Shown here: in pieces, positions 35,501 through 49,500 of the stretch
Position numbering within the stretch: the first letter of the stretch is position 1
How the letters are laid out: the number at the start of each line of letters is the position of its first letter
From: Antedon mediterranea
Taxonomy: Eukaryota; Animalia; Echinodermata
Length of the DNA: 64,000 nucleotides
Assembly (NCBI RefSeq): GCF_964355755.1
Contig: NC_092673.1
Span: forward strand, 3,286,001 to 3,350,000
Direction of reading: 5' to 3'
Program-made: the position numbers and the translations under genes
The notes under the pieces: generated by a model
Seen by the model: only the letters and a program-made list of their open reading frames with translations
What the model was told of the DNA's origin: nothing
Databases searched by the model: none

Positions 35501-38464
35501 TATTAAATTTTGAAGACAACCCATATATAAGTGGCACATTCAGGATTTTAAAGAAGGGAGGCTAAAGCTCTGTCTACACTACCAAACTACAAAACCACTG
35601 TGCCCATATATGGACATGATATAATATCACTACCATATTTGGGCACATCACTACCATATTTGAGCACATCACACTTTTGTTGTCAAACTAGTTTGATAGT
35701 GTAGACAGAGCTTAAGAGTATAATGATTGTATAATATAGTGCTTAATCTAGTGTTATATCTTTTACATTGTATTTTTTCAAATTGGATCCGGTTAAAGTT
35801 CAATTATGACAGTACATGTGAAAATCACTAACCTCTGAAAGTAGTCATCTTTCTTGTGTATATCATTGAAGATTTTTAAAAGATATCTTGAAGACATGAC
35901 AAATCCACAGAAGGAAAATACAGTCAGAATTAAACAAAACATTCGGAAGTTATCAAGGTCTGACTTATCCCATATGGCATAGGAGAAAAACACGGAAAGA
36001 GCACCAATGGCGCCAAATATTGAGCTGTACGAATTTAACTTTGTTCTGTGGAAGACAAAAATAAATGATAATTTTTAAAGGTTCAAATTTAATAAAATAA
36101 AAAAAAATTATTTCAATTCTTGAGAAAATAAAATTCAGATGCGTTTCCTCAATCTATTCATTGACATAGTTTTGAATTCTATGTGTAGATCCTAAAGCAC
36201 TATCAAACTAGTTTGACAATAAAAGTGTGATGTGCCCAAATATAGTAGTGATGTGCTTAAATATGGTAGTGATATGACATCATCATGTCCATATATGGGC
36301 ACATCACATTTTTGTCACATAAGGTTTGATAGTGTAGACATAGCTTTAGTTGTTGCAAATCAAAAGCTCCTCCTTAAAGACTCCATGAATTATGTGTATG
36401 AAAGGCATTAAGGAACAAACATAGTTTCCAGATTTCAAAACTGTACAATACAAACAGAAGGCAAAAAAATATGTCTAATTTGAAAGCATTTAGTTTTTGC
36501 GTACTGAACATTACATTACTTCAAGTTGATTGGTTAATGCTTATGATTGACAGACAGATTAATATAAAACGTTCATGGTCAAATATTATGCCCTAGTGTA
36601 TAGTGATTTGAAGTCCAGATAGGTCATGCCGACTGTCAAACAGCTTAATATCTAATCTGAAAAGTAGTACATTATCAACTTTTAACTGTCAATCACTGGA
36701 TGAATTCTACCGGTAAAATATACATTATATTAAGCCATCATATTGGTCAGAAATAACAGCTATTGATTTTTACATTTCTTTTATACTTTATAGAGGAAGT
36801 GGATTCTGTGAACGAATGAAGGGGATTGGTATTTTTTGTTTATTTTGTAAATTGTTAGTGATTCATCACCATATACAATCATCCATCATAACTTGGTGGC
36901 AGTTTATATTTTGTTGGACATGTACAAGAGTCTACGGCCTTGTCTACACTATCAAACTTTATGTGAAAAAAAATATGATGTGCCCATATATGGACATGAT
37001 GATGTCACATCACTACCATATTTAAGCATATCACTACCATATTTAAGCATATCATGATCATATTTGGGCACATCACACTTTTTTTGTCAAACTAGTTTGA
37101 TAGTGTAGAGAGACCCTTACCTATCATTGGCAGTTAAGGCAAGGTCTGCCAGTAGGGCACTGTGGTGAAGATCTACCATGGTGAGAAATCCATCATACAG
37201 ACACAGACAAACAGCAAATTGAAGGCCAGGATATGTCCACAAGAACCAGAAGCTCATAAACGATAATGTGAACAATGGACCATGCACTGACAGCGCCCTC
37301 AATCGTTGCTGTATAACCTGTGTTGTGGTAACATCTTTGGAACTATTTTGGTATTGAAGTGAAGAATTTTGTTAGAGTTAGTTAACAAAGCATATTCAAA
37401 TCTAATAAAATATAATATATTTAATCAAATTGCAGTAATAGTATAAGCTTTCAATTTTCAACAACCTAGATCGTGTTAAATTTATTGTGCACATATAGAG
37501 ACATTGAGATAATGTGCGTCCGCACTCGTTATGGTGGATTCCATGTCTAGGTGGTGCCCAACTACACACTATACAGTCAATCAAATTTTGGATGAAATTC
37601 TTAACCAACTATACAGCTCACAATCAATTCTTATTTTCCCCTCCTCCAATATTTTTCATTTAAAATAAATAACATATTATTATTATTATACTGTTTATAT
37701 GTTTTAAAATGTGAAAAAATCGTTCCTTGATTGCTAATAAAGCATATTTAATCAATAAATAACTTGGTTTCAGTTTTTCTGTATGTTTACTGATAGATGT
37801 TCAAATAACAGCTGAAGCTCTTTTGTAAACAAGCACTATTGAATCAATGGAACAAAATTCAGGCAATGAAACATTATTCAATACATGCTATTATAAGTAC
37901 AACCTGCACTCGATGAATATTATAGGACAATTTGGGAAGGTTCCAAAGGAGTGAGAATGGGATGGTAAATAAATTACAGTTACACAAGATTATCTATTTC
38001 TGAGCTCATATGAATGAAATAATATATAATTTTTATTATTATGACACAATAATGTAATTTAGTATATACGAATTGTTAATGCAATATACCTGTTTATTGA
38101 AAGAAACTTTTTGTCACTCATCCACCCAAATATAGGATCATTAAATGAATTCCATAATAAAAATATAGTCTGCAAAAAAAGACAAAATAAGAAATTATAC
38201 AAAAATCAGATAAATTGCTAAAAGAAAATATTTAAATAATTAAATTACAAAGGTTGTTTATAATAAAAAAGAACACTACTTAAAATCAAATAAAAGGTAA
38301 ACAATTGTACTTACTTCTCCAATCCAAAACGATTGTTTATCGATTTTGTAGACGGACACAAATACATCAACATAGTATAATAGAAAAACGTTATGCAGGA
38401 TCGAAAGAAACAACGCCATTGCCCCATAGGCAAGGCCCACACGTCGTGCAACGGCTGTCGTCAT
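32512..38464 (-). CDS. MFSD13A: MFS transporter TMEM180/MFSD13A
   Basis: [62 protein letters not shown] and [23 protein letters not shown] motifs in about 8 GT-AG exons; stop at 32512. Confidence 0.95.
32849..33160 (+). mobile_element. tRNA-derived SINE with CORE-like domain
   Basis: GTATCCTTAGGCAAGATACTTTAC...CCACCCAGGTGTATAAATGGG and an (ATT)n tail; second copy at about 4870-5130. Confidence 0.7.
35566..35712. mobile_element. Harbinger-like MITE copy with a clean TAA target duplication
   Basis: TAA|AGCTCTGTCTACACT...AGTGTAGACAGAGCT|TAA. Confidence 0.85.
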
Positions 38465-38989
38465 TACAACAATACTTATAAAATAAATAACAAAACAATT
38501 TTATTATATATTATAATTTTTTAATATAAAAAAATAAATACAGTATTCACTATTCTTGTGTTTCACTGAATTTAGTATGTTTTAATGTCCTTTGATTCTA
38601 TCACCATGCCATGTAAAAATAAAAGCTTTGGTTGGGAGGTAACTACTCTGGGTATTGAAAATCTAGGCCTTGGCTTAAAAAAAAAATCCTAGGCCTATAT
38701 GTCTATTTAGGGCTAGTTGCGCACCCTGATGATGCAGCAAACAAGAAACTCAACCAGCAGAGACTTGGGGCCTAGCTATGCCTAGGCCTAGTTTGTAGTA
38801 TTAAAGTTAGCCTGCATGTTATTGAATTTTACATGGCATTTTGATTTACATAGGCTTATAAGCTCATAATCTCAAGATACAAACACATGGAACTCTTACT
38901 TTAATCATTTTGTTGGTACATTTTCAATAAAGTTTACTTCTTTGCTGGTGTCAGTGTGATTGATGGATGGATGATGACAAAGATGACAA

Positions 38990-39298
38990 AGTTTGTCTTC
39001 TATGTGTGAGTCACTCAAGCGTGCGATCGGCATGGGAATTTAAACAAAATCCAAACGTAAAGGGCGCAATTTAATGTGAGCGTTTATTACTTTGGTAGTA
39101 TGCCAGACAAACGCAAAAATGTTCTCAAAAATCAAAAATATTTTAAAATTTAACAAATTATTACTTAATAAGATATTAAACATATTTTGTGAATTTAACT
39201 TTTTAATAAGTAAGTTGACCCTCCAGACGTAAGTGACGTCCTACGTCATGAGTGTTACGTTTGTCAAAACGCGGAAGTAATATCAACAACAATCAACC
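38990..39298. promoter_or_regulatory. Probable bidirectional promoter of MFSD13A and DBNL
   Basis: Short gap between a putative MFSD13A 5'UTR exon (donor ~38897) and the DBNL ATG. CRE-like TGACGTC and ACGTCA at ~39233-39248, ETS site CGGAAGT at ~39272. Confidence 0.55.
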
Positions 39299-42200
39299 AT
39301 GGCGGTCAGCTTCCTAAAACACAGGGATGCACTTGTAGATGCCTGGAAAAAGGTTTTAGACACCGAAAGTGACACATTATGGTATGTGCACTTTGCCTAG
39401 TATTAAATACTTTATATGCATACGTAAGCTTAATAATTAAAATCTAGATCTGCATATTATAAATACATACTTTGCTAGGCCTCTGCTTGCGCATAACCAC
39501 ACCCCTGGCCCTGACCAGGAAGATATATCGCCTTATCGGGTGCCTCGATTAGGCGGAAGTAAGGATAATTTAGGGCTGCAAGTTGGGCCTAGCCTAAAAA
39601 GCAAACAATATTTGGTAGTGTATAGGGCTGAAACCAATCAGTAAACACGTTTCTATCAATGATCTATCATCCTATTATATTAATTTCCTATAATTTAACA
39701 AACATTTTTTAGGGCTGTTTTCGGCTACGAAGGGAAGTCATTTGAGTTAAAAGTTGTAGAAACAGGAGGTAAGTTCACCCAAGACTTGGTAGGTATAATA
39801 ATAGATGCGGTTCTTGCTGGTTACAAGGAAAATCACAAAAATTGTCTATACACCATGACACAAATAAATATATATATACAAATAATATAGCCCTCCTGAT
39901 GAAGGGCTAGTGTTGCCCGAAAGCTCTGCTAACTTTTCTGGCTGTTTTACTTATCGTTTTGATTTAGCTTTTCGCTTTTTTTTTTCTGTATCTCCATTGA
40001 GATCCAGCCACTGATACCCACAGCATTGTCGTTTTTTCAGTAATTTGCCTTTGGATTTATACAAATAATTTATAAATAATGTATTGAGAATGACTAGCAC
40101 AGTACTGTATATATATTTTTTGGTCAGATTTATTCTATGTATGAAGACTTCATATCATCATACTACCCTCACCCTAATAAGCCCTTGTATCTCTTCTTCT
40201 TCGTCTTTCTACTTTTTTCTTTCTCACCACCTTCAAATACTAACATTGTTTTTCTTGTTAAGATGACTTGGATGAGATGGTAGATGAATTGAGTGGGAGT
40301 AAGATAATGTATGCATTTGTCAGCATTAAAGATCCAAATACATCGCTACAAAAATATGTTTTCATCAATTGGGTAAAGATTAATTTATGCTTATTTCATT
40401 CAGTGTTTATTTATTTTAATCATGGCTTATACAATAGCAGACTTTTCTTCTCTGTGCTGAGAAAAATTACATGCATGCATTCTGTTTCTATAATTGCACT
40501 TTTTTTATATCTAAGCAAGGTGAGGGTGCACCAACCACGCAGAAAGGAACGTGCGCAAGACATGTCAGTGATGTTGCTAAATTATTTAGGGTAAGTTTGG
40601 AGTGTTGAAATACTTCAATTGGTTATAAATTCAGTTGAACTTCTTTTTTATTGTTTGTTGTATAAAATCTCTCCATTTATTAGCTATTTTCAGTTTAATG
40701 CAAATAACACACAGAGTTGTTGTGTTTAGGGTGCTCATGTAACAATAAATGCAAGAACAGAAGACGATGTAGAGATTGATGAACTGGTACAGAAAGTAGC
40801 CAAAGCTTCAGGTGCAAACTACAGTTTCCACAAAGAGACCTCTAAACCACAACCAGCAATCGGACCAGTGGGGGCAGTGTATAAGAAGACTAGAGCTGAT
40901 ATTGAAATTCGTCAAAATAGGAGTGATGACTTTTGGCAAAAAACTGAGGTATTTCTTTTATTTATTAGATAAACTTGAATGGTTTAGGAAAGGTAAAGTT
41001 ACTAAATTGATCGTTTTTGAGGGAACTATTTTAAAAATAATGACCGGTATAGCTACAGTATACTAATTGCGTGTTATGTCCTTGCATCTTACAGGAGGAG
41101 GAACGACTACGAGTTGCACAAGAGAAACAGAGTAAAATTAAAGAAAAACAAAGTATTGAACAAGAACGAAAATCAAGAGAAATAGAGGAAGCAAAACGGA
41201 GGGAAAACCAATCACGCGAGAAATCACGAATCATTGATGAAGCCAAGTATGGTTTCCTTCTATTAAGCGCTGTCTACACTATGAAACTAGTTTGACAAAA
41301 AAAGTGTGATGTGCCCAAATATGGTAGTGATATGCTTAAATATGGTAGTGATATGACATCACCATGTCCATAAATGGGCACATCACATTATTTTGTCACA
41401 AAGTTTGATAGAGTAGAAAGAGCTTAAGTTTCTTTATTTTGAATGATAAAAAAACAAAGTACTTGGCTAAAATACACACACATCTCAAACTATGTATATT
41501 TGTCTAATTCTCAAATTTTACCCTTTAAATCATCAGATCCAAAGAAAAAGCAGCATTAGAAAAAAGTAGAGATGACGAACAGAAAAGATGGGTAAGATAA
41601 AAAAGAATTTGGTAGACATAAACAGTCCCGATAAAAACATTTTAAATTGATGTATATTGCACCTATTGGTCACTTTGCAGGTGATTGGCCCCATGGAACA
41701 CTACCAGTTACAACATCCCATTTCCAAAGTGATAAATTGAATGAACTTTTATTTCCAATTAGGAGGCGAAACAAGCAACAAATACCAGTCCTTCAAAACC
41801 ACCTCCAGTGGCAAGTAGAAAAAAGGTATTGTATGGTATTCAAAGATTCAATTTAGATGAAGAAATTCTGGAAATTACTGTTTTATTCTGGCAACATTTT
41901 TAATATCTAGTAACATGCACACATTGTCAGGCAGGCTTGATGCATCATCACAGTTTAGTATTTGCTGTTTTTGTTTCATTAGGAAGCGGCTGAAATGGTC
42001 GCAGCACGTACAAATAACCCAAAAGCGTTCTTTGAAAAGAAAGCAAGTGCCCCTCCACCAAGGCCACCAGCCAAAGAACCTATCCGTCTACCAAAGAATG
42101 ACTTTGTCCAGGGAGAAGTGGTGGAAGCAGAACCAGAGGTATTTCACAAATATTGTTGCAAAAAAATCATGTATATTTCAATGCGTCTTTAGCATTTCCT

Positions 42201-43755
42201 TTAACTAATTATAAACGCTCTAAAATCACTACAAATACAGTCTGAATGTAAACAAACATCTAAAGAAAATAGTGAAGAACTAAGTATTTATTTTGAATTA
42301 GTGAATAATCCATGACAACATAAACAAAATTGTTATTGAAATTAGCCTGAGACAGTACAGGAGCCTGAGCCAAGCTATGAGCCAGTACAGGAGCCTGAGC
42401 CGACTTATGAGAGTAAGCCAAGCTATGAACCTGAACCGATATATGAGACTGAGCCAGCTGATGAGCCTCCTGCCTTACCTCCTCCAAGAGAAGATGCTAA
42501 AGCAGCAATGCCATTACCTACCACTCCTTATCAACCAGAATCGGATGAGGAACCACCACAAGATGATGATGATTGGGAAGGTAAGCAATAGCTAACTATA
42601 AGATATGATTGTTATTATCACGTAGTTGTGGAATTAGAATGAAAACAAAACTATATATATATATATATAAATATTAACTTAAATTTAATGTACTTTAAAC
42701 TGTATTATATTTTTTCATATTGTGCACTATGGCAATAGATTTGTTCAGAGATTTTTACTCTGATAATCAGAATTATGCGTAACGTTCAAATCTTTTTTTG
42801 GTTTACTGTTGACGAGTTCATATTATAGCATATTTCTGATAATGAGGAATAATTATCTTGTTGATGTTAATATTAATAAATTGAGTAAATTACTAATTAA
42901 GAATTTGCTCTTTCAAAAGAACCTGCCAATCAACAAGTACCAGAAGACAATTATGAACCAGACGCAACATATGGCAACATAGACGAGACGGTTCCAGAGT
43001 CGGCATACTCAGATCTGAACACACAGGATGAGTATGAACCACAGAGCTCTGGAGTAAACATCAGGGCTAAAGTCGTTTATGATTATCAGGCTGGTAAGAT
43101 ATTTAAACTTGAATGTGAATAATTGAATGCTTTATCAGTGGGGTAACTACGGACCTGTTCAGACTTACATTGCTTTATCAGTTGGGTAACTAGGAACCGT
43201 TCAGACCTACAGTTATGCTTTAGTAGTACATGACTCCATAGATCTGAACCAGGAAGTGATTAGTGAATTATAATGTGAATGCATTTTAATGCATTGTTAT
43301 AATGATAACACACAAATGGGGCGACTCTCGTACTCGTAAATCGTGCAGCGTCAAGCGCTATCGGTAATCTGCCTTTTTGCTGCACACTTTTTGCACTCCA
43401 GTGCATGATAGCGAAAAAATAAAGAGCGCACACATGACTCATTTCAGCGCATCTGATTGGCTACATCCTTCAACCCATGTTATAAACAGCCTTATTTTCC
43501 TTATTAAAATGAGCAATAATATACACAAAGGTATTTAAAAAATTAATATGGAACAAGAAATATAGATTAAATTTGAACACTGCCAGCATTTACCTTTCTT
43601 TCCCTTTATTATTAATAGGCGATGATTCCGAGATAACCTTTGATGTTGATGATATAATTGAGAATATTGACAAGATAGATGATGGTTGGTGGATGGGAAC
43701 TGGACCAGATGGACGATATGGAATGTTTCCTGCTAATTATGTCGAAGAAATTTAA
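39299..43755 (+). CDS. DBNL: Drebrin-like protein / Abp1 (ADF-H, coiled coil, Pro/Glu-rich region, SH3)
   Basis: [12 protein letters not shown]...W|[14 protein letters not shown]|[12 protein letters not shown] and ASGANY motifs; SH3 YDYQA|DDSEITFD...DDGWWMG...[11 protein letters not shown]. Confidence 0.95.
39887..40057 (+). mobile_element. Short retroposon remnant (Penelope-like) carrying a hammerhead-like core
   Basis: CTGATGA-A-GGGC(tagtgtt)GCCC-GAAAGCTC; flanking direct repeat TATACAAATAAT; second partial copy at about 57870-57945. Confidence 0.5.
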
Positions 43756-44465
43756 ACAAACATTTATTTTTATTAACAAATGAATTAAAATTTAGGAAAA
43801 AATATTAATTGAATAAAGATGTTTTAATGGTAAAATCAAAACAATATGATTATGATAATTTGTGAAAATTAATTTCAATGGACAAGATAGGCCTACTGAT
43901 GAAGATTCTTTTACCATTAAGTTATGTTCTTGATTTGACAAACTGGACTGGATATAATAGCACATTTATGGTAAAGAGATTTAGAACAGTACTATAATTA
44001 CATTGTGCGGGAGAACTTTATTCTGTTGTGATTGGACGTTTTAAATTGTTTCAGGCTAAAATGAATTCCATCTACAGTAACCTAATACTTTAAAAGATAT
44101 ATTTCAGAAATGGAGATACACACCATTATTTTGGGTTTTTTTTCTAATTAATAGAATATTAGTTATTAGTTGCTAGAACTTAATGTAAAGAGCCTTCCAT
44201 TTGATCTTTCTATGCCTTTCTTAATATTTTATTAACGTTTTGTATAGATTTAGGTATCTTATTTAATATACATTAACATTTTACAAGTATATATAAAATG
44301 TATGCTAAAAATGAAGAAACAATTACGATTAATATGCAGCAGATATTTCTATAATGTTAGCATTAATTATAAAGATATTTTTTATGGACCAAGTAAATTA
44401 AAAGTTTAAAAACATGAAAAGTAGTTTGTAATTGATTAATAATAATAAGACTTATACAGCGCACA

Positions 44466-44648
44466 TACCGTATCCACAAAAGAAACATATTAACCTTTAA
44501 AACCTAAATACTTTGATAAATTTGACCGTATCCACAAAAGAAACATATTATTATTAACCTTTAAAACCTAAATATTTGATAAATTTGACCGTATCCACAA
44601 AAGAAACATATTAACCTTTAAAACCTAAATACTTTGATAAATTTGACA
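44466..44648. repeat. Tandem repeat, ~60 bp x3
   Basis: ACCGTATCCACAAAAGAAACATATTAACCTTTAAAACCTAAATACTTTGATAAATTTG repeated three times. Confidence 0.9.
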
Positions 44649-44776
44649 AAAACCGAAATAAAGACCAATCGAACCCACATCACTGCTTCCATTTACCAGC
44701 AATTTATGGTGCCTTTAGACCAGCCAGTACATAACTCACAGGTGTTAGCTAAACAAATGATTTATAGTACCAACAT

Positions 44777-44927
44777 TTTGTATTAGTTTAGATCCCTTTT
44801 TCGCAGGTATAAATAAGAAACCCGGATAAACTAACAGATATAAAAAAAAAAAAGTTGTTCATATTTGTTATCACGCTCCCACTAAACACTAGTAACATAA
44901 TAAAGATGTCGCAAGCAACAAGCATGA
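44777..44927 (-). ncRNA. Candidate intronic box H/ACA snoRNA
   Basis: Hairpin TCATGCTT/GAGCGTGA, H-box-like ATAACA and ATATGA, second hairpin TTAGTTTA/TAAACTAA, then ACA. Lies between a GTAAGT donor (~44936) and a TTTAG acceptor (~44749). Confidence 0.35.
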
Positions 44928-46595
44928 GTTACTTACCTTCAATACAGAATAACTTGAGGCTAATAACCATGAATGGTACTCCCAGTACTTCTCTGGTCAG
45001 TGTGATTCAATAAAATCTAATTTGAGAGTTGTTCTTGCTTTTCCTAATTATATACTTCACTTCTTGCTCCAGAATTGGACATGAATAATGTCAATTTCCG
45101 CTTGCACGGTGAACCTATCCGCGATTATTTTGGGTCTACACTGTTTCTGCAATGTATTCCGTTGCCAAAATATTCCTTTCATCATTAGGCTACTAGTACG
45201 TAGTAGGCCTAGTCTAGAGTAGACCTACCGGCTAGCTGGGTGACTACTGTCTGTAAACACTACAGTACAGACAGTACTGTTTAGTTCTAGCCTAGGGCCA
45301 GGCCAGGCTGCAGTTACCCACTAGGCTAGGCCTATTTGAGTTTTTCTTGACTTTAAAAATGACTGTTTATAACCATAATTATGACGAATTAAACTAATGT
45401 TTTTCAACCTATTTAGGCTAGGAGCTAATTTTTATTTACAAACTCGCTTCGGAGGCCTATTTCAAACTTACCGCTCTCACTGTCGTCGTCTACTACTGAC
45501 ACTTGATATATATTCTTTGCTGACACCACGTGTGTGTGTGTGTGTGTGCGCGCGCAAGTGGCCCTAGAAGTGACCACCTAGCTTCATAAAAAAAGATCAG
45601 TAGAAGAAAATTTTAACAATTTTTACTTTTCTATTACAGTTCATTCATTTATTGTGCAACAATAGAAAATTCATCTATAATTTTTGGATTACTGTATCAA
45701 ACCTATTGGACTTCCATGCTCATATTTCAAGTTTTTTACTATATAACTATAACTTTACTTATCTTTGGTGGTGCAGATATCTTCATGTACAGTATTCAAT
45801 CCAACTAATATAACACATAGACAATCTTTTACATTTACAATAATATAAAAATACAAGCAGTACTTTCTAATATAAAATATTGAGTAGGCTTATATATATA
45901 TACACAATATTTTGCCTTTATATAAAATGATAAATATATAAACTATATAGTCCAAATATTATTATTAATAAACTATCTGATGTTCATTTCAGTACCGTAA
46001 ATAAATTACAATACCTCGTCATAAATAGTGATAATATTTACATTCAAAATAAGTATTTGTATTCCAGAAACTACAGTGAGTGGTAGTATCAGCAGTGTCT
46101 GATCATAGTCGTTTAATTCATAATTTCCTCCTCATTGTCTTAATTGAATAAAAGGCTTACTCATGATCATCTTTACTAACCTTGGCCTTGAGGGATGTTT
46201 GTCCAAAGCTACACTATCAAACAAGTTTTACAAAAAAAAGTGTGATGTGCCCAAATATGGAAGTGATATACCCAAATATGGTAGTGATATGACATCACCA
46301 TGTCCATATATGGGCACATCACATTTTTTTGGTTCCATTAAGTTTGATAGTGTAGACAGAGCTTAAAGTAGAGTTGCCAAAATTAATGCCATCTGATAAT
46401 TTATGCAACTATGAAAATTGCAGGCTCGTTCCTGACATACTTACATATTCCATAGTATTATTCACAATCAACTAAACTCAAACTATATTTGTGCTTAATA
46501 AAATCTAGAAATTATCAATATTTCACCTAATTTGTACATAAAATATCTCATAAAATTGACTTTAATTGCACAAGTTTCAAGGTTCTTAGATTCTT

Positions 46596-49500
46596 TTATA
46601 TCTTGGGTAAAGTGTGAGACCGGAATGGAATGTTACTTCTTTTGCCATAATCTCTTCTAGGTCTGTAGTCGTCTATAAACATATCTGGACTATGTCGTCC
46701 AACAGGCTCTGCTGGGCCATGCTTCCTCAAATACTTTATCTCCTGTTTGTACCTAAAAATAGAAAATGAAAAAAAAAGAAATGGAATCAATGTACAGTAT
46801 TGAATTTGCTCAAGCTGATGATATTTATCAAATTAATGATTAATAATAATACCTAGCTATTCTAACCAAGTCTTTTAGGTGCATTGGTGTCAGAATCAGA
46901 ATAGCCACTAGTAAAGGTAGATTTGCAGTACACCATGGTGCAAACACCTTTCCGGCACGATTCCAGTCCACAACCGGCAAATCAAATGTCAATATTTCGT
47001 TTTCACATGGCTACATGCATATTGATTGGTGCATAGCAGCGTAGAGTGTCATGAAAACTTTGACGTTCTATTTGATTTGCTGGTGCCGGACTGAAACCGT
47101 TGTGATCTTTTACTAGTGTTTAACAATATTGAATTTTAATAAAATATAAAAAAACCCATTTGCTAACCTGGCAACCTCTGTATTAATGTAATCTTGGCAT
47201 TCTGCCAGTTGCTCTTCTAACATTGCATTCTGGGATAGCAGTGTTGCTCTTTCAAGTTCAAGCTCCTCCTGCAATGAATTAATGTAATAAAAAAAATGTA
47301 TATATGGACATGATGCTGTCATTTCACTACCATATTTGGGTATATCACTTCCATATTTGGGCACATCATATTTTTTTTTGTAAAACTTGTTTGATAGTGT
47401 AGACTTAGCTTAAAACCATGCCTTTACCTGTGTGTTCAATGTGAATTCTCTAAGCTGTTTTCTAAGATGGTCCCAACTTGTTTTTTCACCAGACAACCTT
47501 AAACACAACACAATATTACATAATGCTTAGAGTTCAACCATAAATGTCACTTTTAAATACTGAAAACTGCCTTTTTTGTGCTAAAAAACAACTTGAAATT
47601 GGTCATAAAATACATTAAAGTAAATAATGTTAATATACATACCCTTCAGCCATATGTCCTTTTTGAACCAGTTCTAATTTAATCTTCTGTTCATTCACAA
47701 GTTTCTGAAGTCTGGTGACCTCCTGTCGATTGGCAGAATCTACATCTTTTTCCGAGAGACTCAGATCCAGTTCTTCTGGTCCTGCATCGATTTGCTCATC
47801 TTCTGGCATCTCCAGACCTTGAATCTGCTCTTTTAGCCATCTAAGAAAAAGAAATCAACAGTATTTACTATACAACACTATCTTGATGGAAATTGGTGGG
47901 TTGATTCCCTTGCAGCTATCAGAACAGTGGCGTAACGGCTATGAGGTTCACTGGCTAAATCCAGGGGCCTCTGAGCAGTCCATGTGCAACTCCCCAGCGT
48001 TGGAAGGCCCTTAAGAGTGCTAAACCAGGGGCCTTTGCCCTGTGCATTACGCCACTACATCAGAGTCAAAATGTGCAGAAACATATAGTATATACAATTG
48101 AAAGGAGAACTGATGAAAACAAGGGTGCACTAAAAACTGGTCTTGATTTAAAAAAGACAATGTTGCTTCATTGCTCCAGCTGAAACCAGTGGCATAACGC
48201 AAGGGAAAAAGGCCCCTGGTTTAGCACTCATAAGGGGCCCTCCAACACTGGGTAATTGCATTGGGCTGCTCATGCTCTGGGGCCCCATTAGCTCTGGGGC
48301 TTCTGGGTTCAACCAGTGAATGTAATAGCTGTTACGCCACTGACTGAAACCAAATAATGAAAACAAATAAATGGTATACACTATACCTATAAGCAACAAG
48401 AAGCTCCTCATGTTTCTTAGCAATTCTTAGTGATTGGTTCCGGTACGTACGTGCTGCGTTACTCAACTGTTCCTCGCGTTTCTTAAACGCATCTTTCAGA
48501 TCCTTGGACATAGTGTGCACATAGTTTTGAAGATTTCTAACTGAAGACTTTGAATCACTGTCCACAAAGTCCTTGAGAGATACAAAACAAAATAAAGAGA
48601 TTATACTTAGGAGAGATTAGATTATATAATAAAATAATAATGAAATATAACCAGTGGCGTAACACACAGGGCAAAGGCCCCTGGTTTACACTCATAAGGT
48701 GCCCTCCAACACTGGGTAGTTTGGACTGCTCATGCCCTGGGGCTCCTTGAGCTTATGGGCTCCTGGGTTTAGCCAGTGAGCGCTCATAGCCGCTACGCCA
48801 CTGAATAACAAACATTTACTGTATAAGATGCACAATAGGTGTAGAAGGACTCATTGGACGAAAATTGGCTTCAAAATATAAGGATTATATAAATAGGAAT
48901 AACAATTAGAGTAGAACTCATTATTTATTATTCAGGAAACTTCACGTTGTCAAATCTTAAAGGAATTCGACTCTCTGTCTGCACTATGAAACTTGATGAT
49001 GTCATATCACTACCATATTTGGGCAAAACACACTTTTTTGAGGTTTAGATAAAAAATATAAAAAAACAAATTTGGTTTCACTTACAGCTATATCCTCAAC
49101 ATATTTCAGAAGACGTGCTCTGTATTCACCATTTAACTCTCTCACTTGCAGCTGTAACTTACTTGTTGCCATCTCCAACTCCTTGCATTTGTTGCCTGAA
49201 ACCAGTAACTCCTAACAAATGAAATGTAACACATTTAAGCTCTGTCTACACAATCAAACTTGATGTGACAAAAAATGTGATGTGTTCATATATGGACATG
49301 ATGATATCATATCACTACCATATTTGGGCATATCACTACCATATTTGGGCATATCACTAACACATTTGGGCACATCACACATTTTTGTCCAACTAGTGTG
49401 ATAGTGTAGAAAGAGCTGTACAAGTTAAATAATTAAATTATATTGCATTTTTAGTACGGTACACCAACCACTGCTTCATATAAAGAAGTTCATAAGATAC

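Noticed and set aside
45090-45190. U13 or other C/D snoRNA, suggested by a box C (ATGATGA) and partial complementarity to the 18S rRNA 3' end
   Set aside because: No nearby box D or terminal stem, and no match to the U13 guide sequence; kept only as part of the weaker snoRNA-host candidate.
47269-47427. MITE as an intron-creating Introner
   Set aside because: Splice sites lie outside the MITE termini here and in the other copies examined.
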